Below are positions 8,571 to 16,684 of a stretch of 64,000 bases of DNA, in pieces (the stretch's first letter is position 1; each line of letters starts with the position of its first letter). The stretch covers positions 68,493-132,492 of the forward strand of contig CAYYQK010000004.1 of NCBI GenBank assembly GCA_964473815.1, given 5' to 3'. The stretch is from an uncultured Candidatus Saccharibacteria bacterium (GTDB lineage: Bacteria > Patescibacteriota > Doudnabacteria > UBA920). The translations under genes were made by a program, and so were the position numbers. The notes beneath the pieces are model-generated. The model was not told the DNA's origin. It did not search any database and saw nothing but the letters and a program-made list of their open reading frames with translations.

Positions 8571-9875
8571 TTAGCGTTCAAGTCGTTTTCGGACTTCTGC
8601 AATTATCTTATCATATGAAAAGACTTCTTGCATGCCACTTTTTACGTCTCGTAAAATAACCATATCATCCATGGCTTCCTTTTGCCCCATAATCAGGGCA
8701 ATTGGAGCCTTGCTTTCCTCGGCTTGTTTAAGCTGATTTTTTACACCAACAGTTCCAAAGTGGTCGTGGACGCGAATATTCTCCCCTATTAGGTCGCGGA
8801 ACAATCGCAAAGAACGCTTCGCCGCCAATTCTCCCAGAGGAACTAAAAATACTTCGCTATGATTTTCAATCTTCGTATCGATTTCAGAAAGTTCCATGGC
8901 GCGAGCAAGCGCTGCAAGATTGCCATTGAATCCAAAAGCAGGACTTGACTTGCCATCAATATTTTTTAAAAGCATATCGTGATGCGCAGCTTCACCTAAC
9001 ACAACCGAATTGTTACCCTTCTTGTACTTTACACTCAAGTTTGTGCCAGTGCTGCCTTCGGGGCCAATATATAATTGATTCAGCTGGTAAGGCAGTCCGA
9101 GTTCGTCGAGAGCTTCTAAAATATCTGTAAATTGTTTGCGGGCTTCATTGTCTAAAAAGTCGACTATAGCTGGCGCCTCAGCTGCAATTAACTGACAATC
9201 TAAATTTTCGCAGCGCAAAATATTTAACACGCGGCCACGCATGTGCGCATTACAGTTATCACACAATTCAAACTCTTTACCTTTCAAATAATCTTTCAGT
9301 ACATTTTGGTAAGCATTCTGTACTTGCATATCGCCGGCGGTATTTATTTCCAACTGCAAATCTTCTGCTGCCAAACCAAGTCGCTGAGTTAAATCCCACA
9401 CCGCACTAACAACCTGCGCTTCAGTTAAGTGATTAAAGCTCCCGAACACTTCAAATCCAAATTGGTAATTAAAATGCAAAGCCTGCTTGGCATCAGTTTC
9501 AACAACGTTCCCTAAATATAACCACTTCGAAAGTGGTTGGACTTCAGCAACTTTATTCTGTACATAGTGACGCAACACCGAAGGTAACAAAGCTGCGCGA
9601 ACGCCCATTGGTTTACCGCTTTGCTGGGCGAAAACTATTTTTTCTAAAACTTCTGGCTGATTTTTATAGTAATCAGCGTAAACCCTTTGCTCTTCTAAAA
9701 TGGCGGTTTCCACTGTTAAAAAGCCGTAAAGTTGGGCTACAGTGCGAACCTGTTCCATTATTAAGTTCCATTGCGGCGAAGTTTGGGTAGTAATATCCCG
9801 CAAACCGCTGATTGTTCCAGCTTTAGGTACTCGAACAGGAGCCGCAATAACGGTTTTTTTGGCAGTCTTTTGCAT
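8571..9875 (-). CDS. HisRS-like protein with degenerate active site (pseudo-HisRS, HisZ-like but with anticodon-binding domain)
   Basis: HisRS layout retained (GLRDI, YQFGFEVFG, LCDNC..LRC..C insert, KNQLKQAE..A..ALIMG..E tail) but motif 2 arginines, RGLDYY and GGRYD replaced. Confidence 0.8.
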   Translation of the reverse strand: MQKTAKKTVIAAPVRVPKAGTISGLRDITTQTSPQWNLIMEQVRTVAQLYGFLTVETAILEEQRVYADYYKNQPEVLEKIVFAQQSGKPMGVRAALLPSVLRHYVQNKVAEVQPLSKWLYLGNVVETDAKQALHFNYQFGFEVFGSFNHLTEAQVVSAVWDLTQRLGLAAEDLQLEINTAGDMQVQNAYQNVLKDYLKGKEFELCDNCNAHMRGRVLNILRCENLDCQLIAAEAPAIVDFLDNEARKQFTDILEALDELGLPYQLNQLYIGPEGSTGTNLSVKYKKGNNSVVLGEAAHHDMLLKNIDGKSSPAFGFNGNLAALARAMELSEIDTKIENHSEVFLVPLGELAAKRSLRLFRDLIGENIRVHDHFGTVGVKNQLKQAEESKAPIALIMGQKEAMDDMVILRDVKSGMQEVFSYDKIIAEVRKRLER

Positions 9876-9899
9876 TTATTAAATTAATTTAATCTAGAG

Positions 9900-10490
9900 T
9901 TAATTAAAAATCGCTGCTGGGAAATGAGGGAATCCAAGAGTACTTAAAGGGAAAACGCGTAGCCAAGCTGTTCCGACAATATCATGCTTTGGCAGTATCC
10001 CCCACACCCGAGAATCACTGGAGGCAAGACGGTTATCACCCAAAACAAAATATTCATCACTGCCAAGTTCTACAACTTGATCGCTACCAAACGTAATATC
10101 CTGATTAGAAAGATAGTTTTCGGTCAAAGCAGAACCATCCGGATGCTCTTTATTGTAAATATAAACTTTGCCATTCGCCACTTTTACTTTTTCACCTGGC
10201 AAACCAACTACACGCTTGATGAAATACTGCGATGTATCTTTTGGATAATGGAAAACAATCACATCACCACGTTGCGGATCATGCAAACGATAAGAAATTT
10301 TGTTTACAACTAAGTATTCCCGGTTATGAAAATTCGGCACCATCGAATTTCCCGAGACAATGAAAGGTTCGGCAATAAAAAAACGAAACACCAACATCAC
10401 AATGAAGGCGACTATAATAATTCGGGCGACTTCCCACAGAAATGATCCGACGGTCGGGGTTTTTTCAGTTAAAATTTCTTCGTCAGACAT
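9900..10490 (-). CDS. lepB: Signal peptidase I
   Basis: GNSMVPN, FIKRVVGLPGE, YFVLGDNRLASSDSRVWG. Confidence 0.96.
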   Translation of the reverse strand: MSDEEILTEKTPTVGSFLWEVARIIIVAFIVMLVFRFFIAEPFIVSGNSMVPNFHNREYLVVNKISYRLHDPQRGDVIVFHYPKDTSQYFIKRVVGLPGEKVKVANGKVYIYNKEHPDGSALTENYLSNQDITFGSDQVVELGSDEYFVLGDNRLASSDSRVWGILPKHDIVGTAWLRVFPLSTLGFPHFPAAIFN

Positions 10491-10571
10491 GTTTTATTTC
10501 ACTAAATGATTTTGATAGATAACATTGAAACTATACCACTGGCGTAAAGGCAATGCAAGAGGTATAATATT

Positions 10572-12017
10572 GTGGTATTTATGCCTCAACCAATCTTTTC
10601 TACAAAAAACATCGGTGACAATCAGATTGTCCTGCCGGACAATGAACCAACCCCTCCGCGTAAGCCTAAAGGCAAGCGGATTTTAAAGTGGATTTTGGCC
10701 ATTGTGATTTTCTTGGCGCTCGCCCTGGGTATTTTTATCGCGGTTAGGGCTACTGGTTTGGCTAATAAAATTTTCGTTGGTAAAAACACTAGTGTGTTTG
10801 GCCGAATCAGCGATTTAATTTCCTCGCAAACTGGTGGCAGCAAACTTAAGGGTGAAAGCGATGGTCAGGTGAATGTATTGCTGCTTGGAATTGGCGGGCC
10901 TGGTCACGATGGGCCATATTTGTCCGACACTATTATTCTGGCTGAGCTTCGTCCGGGTGAGAAAAAAGCTACATTAATTTCAATTCCACGTGACTATTTA
11001 GTGAATACTAAAGAGCTGGGGCAAAGAAAAATTAATGCGGTGTTTTCTGAAAGTTATACCAAGAAACAAAATTGGGATGATGCAGGCGCCAGCATCCGCG
11101 ACGTGGTTTCAAAAATGTCTGGTCTGGATATTCCCTACTTTGCAGTCTTAGACTTTAAGGGTTTTGAAAAAACTATCGATTTGCTTGGGGGTGTTGATGT
11201 TACCATCGACCGCACTTTTACAGATTATACTTTCCCAGACAGTGGTGTGGGCTTTTTGCCACCAGTCACTTTCAAGGAAGGCCCTGAGCATATGGATGGC
11301 GAACGCGCATTGATTTTCGCACGTTCTCGTCATGCTCCTGGTGAAGAAGGTACGGACTTTGCGCGCAGTGTGCGCCAACAAAAAATCATTACCGCCGCTA
11401 AACAAAAGGTTGAATCTCTAAATCTGGTTGCTGATGCGGGCAAGATTAATCAGTTATTTACAATTATAGGTGATCATTTCCATACTAATATGTCACCAGG
11501 TCAAATGATTCGGGTGTATCAGTTGGGACACGAGCTTGGACCGGACAATATTGCCAACTTGAGCATGGATGAAAAGAGCGGCTTAGTTTGTCCGCAGACT
11601 TTGCAAGGTAGCGGTGCATTTGTGTTAACTGTTTGTCCTGGCAAAAATAGTGAAGACATTCGTAACTTCTTTAATAACAGTTTTAGTGTTAGCAAAGTGC
11701 AGTCCGAAAAAGCAGTTGTGTGGCTTGCAGACAGCAGCACGACTGGCCAGCTCTATAAAAAGGCTGAGAGCGAACTGACCAACGCGGGCCTCACGGTTTA
11801 CAAAGTTGTTTATAGCGGCAAGCCGCTGCCACAGAGTGTTGTATACAGTGTTAATCACAAACAAGCTTCCGTTGATTTTGTAAAATCGAGTTTAAATGCT
11901 TCGCCAGTTTCATTGCCACCACCAGGGATCAAAATAGACCAAAGCAAAGTAGATATTATTGTCATTCTGGGAAGCCCGCAAGCCAGTGACTCAACTAGCG
12001 GCAACTCAAATCAATAA
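10572..12017 (+). CDS. LCP (LytR-CpsA-Psr) family protein with C-terminal LytR_C-like domain
   Basis: TM anchor, NVLLLG, LSDTII, SIPRD, KINA, ALIFARSRH, DFARSVRQQ; start may be 10581. Confidence 0.92.
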   Translation: MVFMPQPIFSTKNIGDNQIVLPDNEPTPPRKPKGKRILKWILAIVIFLALALGIFIAVRATGLANKIFVGKNTSVFGRISDLISSQTGGSKLKGESDGQVNVLLLGIGGPGHDGPYLSDTIILAELRPGEKKATLISIPRDYLVNTKELGQRKINAVFSESYTKKQNWDDAGASIRDVVSKMSGLDIPYFAVLDFKGFEKTIDLLGGVDVTIDRTFTDYTFPDSGVGFLPPVTFKEGPEHMDGERALIFARSRHAPGEEGTDFARSVRQQKIITAAKQKVESLNLVADAGKINQLFTIIGDHFHTNMSPGQMIRVYQLGHELGPDNIANLSMDEKSGLVCPQTLQGSGAFVLTVCPGKNSEDIRNFFNNSFSVSKVQSEKAVVWLADSSTTGQLYKKAESELTNAGLTVYKVVYSGKPLPQSVVYSVNHKQASVDFVKSSLNASPVSLPPPGIKIDQSKVDIIVILGSPQASDSTSGNSNQ

Positions 12018-12066
12018 AAAAGGCATGCCGGGTTAAAGCATGTCTTTTTTGTGCAGAAGTTTGAAT

Positions 12067-12474
12067 TTAATTTGGTAGTTGCCAAAAGCGCAGGTAAGGC
12101 TTTAATAAATACCGCGCCGATAACGGCATGGTGATGAGGGAAAACACCAAGATCACCACAAGCCAATTGGTAGAAAGGTTGTGGATGCGCAACAACTGAT
12201 TGGTTGCTAGCATCAAACCAAAACTCATACCAACACTCAGTTGTCGGTATTCTTTCGCGCAAGCTTCTTGGAAATGCATTCGCGAAAACGCATCGTGTAA
12301 ATAAGCGATCGTAAACGATCCGTACACGGCAAAACCTGCTAAAGCAAGATATGGTCCAGTACTTGCTAAGACTGCGAGTGATTCTCGGTGTGTGTAGGTA
12401 ATGAAAACCAAGCTCACACCACAGACCAAAAGAGGCATCACAAAACCAAACGTTATCCTAATAAACTTTTTCAT
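12067..12474 (-). CDS. Hypothetical 4-TM membrane protein (orphan, strong SD)
   Basis: Hydrophobic segments; AAGGAGG upstream of ATG. Confidence 0.7.
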   Translation of the reverse strand: MKKFIRITFGFVMPLLVCGVSLVFITYTHRESLAVLASTGPYLALAGFAVYGSFTIAYLHDAFSRMHFQEACAKEYRQLSVGMSFGLMLATNQLLRIHNLSTNWLVVILVFSLITMPLSARYLLKPYLRFWQLPN

Positions 12475-12542
12475 CTGACCTCCTTCTGAGCAATTTTCTT
12501 GTATAGTGGCATAAAATCGCCAGAAAGTCTATAATATAGGCT

Positions 12543-13904
12543 ATGAATCAGCTTCCATTACTTGCCATTGTTGGGGAACCAAATGTTGGCAAGTCTACAT
12601 TGATGAATAAGATTGCTGGTCGTCGGATTGCCGTAACCTCTGTGGTTGCCGGCACCACCCGCGATCGCCAGTACGTAGACACCGTTTGGAACGGTGTTGA
12701 TTTTACTATGATCGATACGGCCGGAGTGACTTTTGGCGGATTAGGAAATACAGAGCAAGAACTTGAAGCGGCTTTGAATGAACAAGTTGATGTTGCAGCC
12801 GAAGAAGCAAATATGTTGATGCTAGTTGTCGACGGGAAAAACGCCGTAGAAACAATTGACCGCAAGGCTTTGCTGAAATTCCGGAAAATGAAGAAGCCAA
12901 TTGTGGTTGCTGTAAATAAACTTGATTCACCAAAAAACCTGGAAGCCTTTACTGCGCCGTTTTTGAAATTGGGAATAAAAAATATTTTTCCTGTTTCGAG
13001 TTTAACTGGGCGCGGAATTGGTGATTTGCTCGACTGCATTGCGACCGAACTAGGCAAAGTTAAAGTTGAAAAAGAAGAAGTACCTGTAGGTATTGCCGTG
13101 AGTATTGTGGGCAAACCAAATGTTGGCAAGTCGAGTTTACTGAATGCAATTCTGGGACAGAAGCGCGTGGTAGTATCTTCTATTCCCGGCACAACCCGCA
13201 CTTCTATCGATACTCATACTGTTATAGACGGGCAAGATTACACTTTCATCGACACCGCCGGGCTAAAACGCAAAGACCATAGACAAAAACAGCCAGATAT
13301 TTATTCAGGCTTTCAAACTTTCAAATCTATTCGCCGTAGCGACATTGTAATTTTGGTAATTGACTCGATTGAACGAATTACTAAACAAGATCAAGTCATT
13401 GCAGGTGAAATTTTAGACTTTGCAAAGGGTGCAATTATTGTAGCTAACAAGATGGACTTATTTGACGGCAGTGAACAGGAGCTACAAGATTATATTTCTT
13501 TGCACTTCCCTTTCCTGTGGTTCTCGCCTGTGTTCTTGGTGTCTGCGGAAACTGGTGAAGGTGTGAACGAAGCATTGGCTGCGATCAAACCAATTTACGA
13601 AAATCGTCTTAAAGAAATTGCGCAAGAAGATTTGGATAAAGTTTTACAGCAGACTATTAAGACAAATCCACCCAAGCGTTTGCGCGACCAACGCGATCCA
13701 AAAATTTACGCAATTTCCCAAACCGAAACCAATCCGCCGATTTTCTCTTTGCTCGTAAACAAGTCTGGTGCAATTTCTACGCAATATCGCCGCTTCCTTT
13801 TGAAGCACTTAATCAAACGCCTCGACTTGTGGGGCACGCCAATTAAATTGCAGTTGCGCGAAAAATCGCAAATCTCAGGCAAAGTCGAAAAATCTTTAAA
13901 TTAA
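12543..13904 (+). CDS. der: Ribosome biogenesis GTPase Der (EngA)
   Basis: Two G domains GEPNVGKS and GKPNVGKS, DTAG twice, NKxD twice. Confidence 0.97.
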   Translation: MNQLPLLAIVGEPNVGKSTLMNKIAGRRIAVTSVVAGTTRDRQYVDTVWNGVDFTMIDTAGVTFGGLGNTEQELEAALNEQVDVAAEEANMLMLVVDGKNAVETIDRKALLKFRKMKKPIVVAVNKLDSPKNLEAFTAPFLKLGIKNIFPVSSLTGRGIGDLLDCIATELGKVKVEKEEVPVGIAVSIVGKPNVGKSSLLNAILGQKRVVVSSIPGTTRTSIDTHTVIDGQDYTFIDTAGLKRKDHRQKQPDIYSGFQTFKSIRRSDIVILVIDSIERITKQDQVIAGEILDFAKGAIIVANKMDLFDGSEQELQDYISLHFPFLWFSPVFLVSAETGEGVNEALAAIKPIYENRLKEIAQEDLDKVLQQTIKTNPPKRLRDQRDPKIYAISQTETNPPIFSLLVNKSGAISTQYRRFLLKHLIKRLDLWGTPIKLQLREKSQISGKVEKSLN

Positions 13905-13923
13905 ATTTGTTATAATAACCCAG

Positions 13924-14463
13924 ATGAAACTAATAGCCGGACTAGGAAATCCAGGAAAGCAATACGAACACACCCGACATAATGCCGGGTTTTTAGCTAT
14001 CGATCATTTTTTAAAGACTCATGATGCAATTACTTGCGCGAGTAAATTTAATGCGCAGATTTGTGAGTATCATGAAGGTGGTGAGAAGGTATTTTTGGTA
14101 AAGCCGCAGTCTTTTATGAATTTGTCCGGTGAAGTAATTCGTGATTTAGTAAATTTTTACAAACTTGATGCAAAAAAAGATTTACTGGTTTTACACGATG
14201 AAGTTGATTTACCTCTTGGCACTGTGCGCGATGGCTTGGGCTCGGGCCATGCGGGTCACAACGGCGTACGCAATATAATAGATGAACTTGGTACCAAAGA
14301 TTTTGCACGCGTGCGGATTGGGGTAGAAACACGCGTTGAAGGCGACGACCTCCCTACCGACGCATTCGTTCTCCAAAAATTTACAGACGAAGAATTGAAA
14401 GGATTAGAAATGGTTTTCCCTGGTGTGAACGAAGCAGTTGAAAAGTTTATAGCAGCAAAATAA
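13924..14463 (+). CDS. pth: Peptidyl-tRNA hydrolase
   Basis: GLGNPG, TRHNAGF, KPQSFMNLSG, GHNG. Confidence 0.97.
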   Translation: MKLIAGLGNPGKQYEHTRHNAGFLAIDHFLKTHDAITCASKFNAQICEYHEGGEKVFLVKPQSFMNLSGEVIRDLVNFYKLDAKKDLLVLHDEVDLPLGTVRDGLGSGHAGHNGVRNIIDELGTKDFARVRIGVETRVEGDDLPTDAFVLQKFTDEELKGLEMVFPGVNEAVEKFIAAK

Positions 14464-14481
14464 ACTGCAAAGTAAATATAG

Positions 14482-14525
14482 AAAAAAAAGAAAGGCCGCT
14501 CTGCGATATACAGGGCGGTCTTTTT
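14482..14525. terminator. Bidirectional intrinsic terminator
   Basis: GGCCGCTCTG/CAGGGCGGTC stem flanked by A-run and T-run between convergent genes. Confidence 0.65.
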
Positions 14526-14549
14526 AAAAAAGCGTGACACAAACTGTGC

Positions 14550-14837
14550 CTATGAGAGCCGTAAGTCTTTGAGCTTCATCATACAAAGGCCGCCACGGCG
14601 ACCGAAGTCGACATCAACGATATCTGAGGTACGGCCGTTTGTAGACGGAGCGTGAATTTCAACTATTTTGCCGGCGACCCCCTCAGAAGCACCGAAGCGT
14701 CCGTTGCTGATAACGGTCTGGCCTACTTCAAGCCAATTTTTTGGCTCAGATATATCCTGGGTGATTTTGACTATCTTGTCACTTTGATCATATCCCAAGG
14801 TTAGGCCACCAACTTCTACTTCTCGAATTTCTGACAT
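14550..14837 (-). CDS. Hypothetical protein (orphan, strong SD)
   Basis: MSEIREVEVGG...; AGGAGGAG upstream. Confidence 0.7.
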   Translation of the reverse strand: MSEIREVEVGGLTLGYDQSDKIVKITQDISEPKNWLEVGQTVISNGRFGASEGVAGKIVEIHAPSTNGRTSDIVDVDFGRRGGLCMMKLKDLRLS

Positions 14838-14866
14838 ACACTCCTCCTGATCTTTCAATACGTATG

Positions 14867-15040
14867 CAAAATAAAACCGCCACAACTTTTGTTTTGGCGG
14901 TGCTTATCTGCACCACCCCACCTACAAGTGAGAACCACCAGACAAACGCCTAGAAAGCTCTGCTTAACCGCTAGAAACATTGAATAGGAGGGATGATCAA
15001 TGTCTTCGCGACTTGCAAGTAGGATACTGCAGACAATCGT
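14867..15040 (-). ncRNA. Putative structured small RNA (~170 nt), unassigned (6S not excluded)
   Basis: TTGACA-17-TATACT promoter, ~23-bp closing stem with minus-strand G-U pairs, internal hairpin with CCCTCCT loop, intrinsic terminator. Confidence 0.6.
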
Positions 15041-15046
15041 GAAGGC

Positions 15047-15075
15047 AGTATACACTAATTTGGAGGTTTTGTCAA
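15047..15075 (-). promoter_or_regulatory. Near-consensus sigma70 promoter of the putative sRNA
   Basis: TTGACA aaacctccaaattagtg TATACT. Confidence 0.75.
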
Positions 15076-15177
15076 GGTAGGCTGAAAAACAAAATTCAGT
15101 AAAATTTGAGTAAATCTTTATCTAAACTTGAGAAAAACTTTATGTGTTCTTGAGGATGGCTTTGCTAGTCTGAAAGT

Positions 15178-16278
15178 ATGTATTTAAATAATCCTGACCT
15201 AGAGCCTTTCTATCTATATATACTCTCTCGCCTGCCGGTTCGGCGATTAGATATTTTTGAACATTGGCGCGCCCAGGCCGGAACATTTGAAGCCGTTTAT
15301 CTATCTAGCGAGAGACAACTTAAGGAATTAGGTTGGGGCTATGAACTAGTCTTAAAATTTCGGGAAATAAAAAATGAGTGGTCTGTGGAAAAATTGGTAA
15401 ATGTCGTAGAGAAAACCAATGTGAGCATGGTGACATATTTAGATACGGACTATCCTGCAATGCTTCGAGAAATTACTGACCCGCCGCCCGTGCTATTTTT
15501 TCGGGGGCAGTTAAATAAAAGTGAGGCATGCATTGCGATTGTTGGATCCAGAAAAATGTCTAATTATGGCTTAGGCATGATCCCAAAAATTGCTGGCCCT
15601 TTGGTCAATGCTGGAGTGACAATTGTATCAGGTCTTGCTTATGGCATTGATAGCGCAGCACATACAGAAAGCGTTAATCGACAAGCGCGAACAATAGCAG
15701 TGCTTGGAACAGGGGTAGACGAAAAAAGTATCTATCCGCGTGGGCATTTAAAACTGGCTCATCAAATTTTAGAAACAGGCGGATTACTAATTTCCGAGCA
15801 ACCACCCGGGACACCTGGGCTACCGCATCATTTTGTAGCGCGCAACCGAATTATTGCCGGTCTTTCACTGGGCGTAATTATAGTAGAATGCAAAGTCAAA
15901 AGCGGCGCGTTAATTACTGCGGACTACGCAGCGGATTTTAACAGAAATTTGTACGCTGTACCTGGCCCAGCGTATTCAGCACTCAGCGCTGGTCCTCATG
16001 AATTAATTCGTAACGGCGCAATGTTAATCACTTGCGGTGAAGATGTGTTGCAAGATATCAAACTTGATCTGGCGCAGCTTCCGGAAACTGCAAAGCCAAA
16101 ACCAAAATTCTCGGAATTAGAACAACGTGTGTTAGAATGTATGCAAGACGAGCCTCAAAGTGCTACGGAAATCATTGTTGCAACAAACGCATCAACAGAA
16201 ATTGTGATGCAAACAATTACATTGCTTGAACTACGCGGCGCGATCAAAGAAATAAATAATAAATATTATAAGACGTGA
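15178..16278 (+). CDS. dprA: DNA-processing protein DprA
   Basis: YPAMLREITDPP, AIVGSR, IVSGLAYGID, FVARNRIIAGLS, SGALITA; next to topA. Confidence 0.96.
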   Translation: MYLNNPDLEPFYLYILSRLPVRRLDIFEHWRAQAGTFEAVYLSSERQLKELGWGYELVLKFREIKNEWSVEKLVNVVEKTNVSMVTYLDTDYPAMLREITDPPPVLFFRGQLNKSEACIAIVGSRKMSNYGLGMIPKIAGPLVNAGVTIVSGLAYGIDSAAHTESVNRQARTIAVLGTGVDEKSIYPRGHLKLAHQILETGGLLISEQPPGTPGLPHHFVARNRIIAGLSLGVIIVECKVKSGALITADYAADFNRNLYAVPGPAYSALSAGPHELIRNGAMLITCGEDVLQDIKLDLAQLPETAKPKPKFSELEQRVLECMQDEPQSATEIIVATNASTEIVMQTITLLELRGAIKEINNKYYKT

Positions 16279-16613
16279 ACTATCCTTTATCTTTCCGCGA
16301 AGTCGATAAGCCTACCTTTGATCGAATAGAACGCGGCGAAAAAACTATAGAAACCCGGGCTGGAATGCCAGAATACCTAAAGTTTAAAGTCGGTGATGTT
16401 CTAGACATAAGCTGTGGGGAAAATCACATTAGCAAAACAATTGAAGAAGTCTTACGTTTTGATTCACCTGAACAACTTTTAGAAAAATTTTCTCCCGACG
16501 AAATCATGCCTGAAGGTACTACTAAGGAAGAGGCAATCGCCAAATGGAATAGCTTTCCAAATTATCCGGAACGGATTAAACATTATGGGATAATTGCGTG
16601 GCGTTTAAAGTAA
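16275..16613 (+). CDS. ASCH domain protein
   Basis: FDRIERGEKTIETR (GxKxxExR motif), C-terminal YGIIA. Confidence 0.8.
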   Translation: MNYPLSFREVDKPTFDRIERGEKTIETRAGMPEYLKFKVGDVLDISCGENHISKTIEEVLRFDSPEQLLEKFSPDEIMPEGTTKEEAIAKWNSFPNYPERIKHYGIIAWRLK

Positions 16614-16684
16614 CGCAATTTGACAAGGCTGTGAATATTCAGCTAAACTCCATTTTGTACTCATTCAAACTTTTATAATTTTTC

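Noticed and set aside
14855-15055. 66-aa minus-strand ORF over the putative sRNA
   Set aside because: Starts inside the promoter's -10 region and runs through the terminator; RNA structure explains the sequence better
16275-16613. ASCH gene between dprA and topA as a novel system
   Set aside because: dprA-topA adjacency is common and a single inserted ASCH gene gives no further evidence of a functional link
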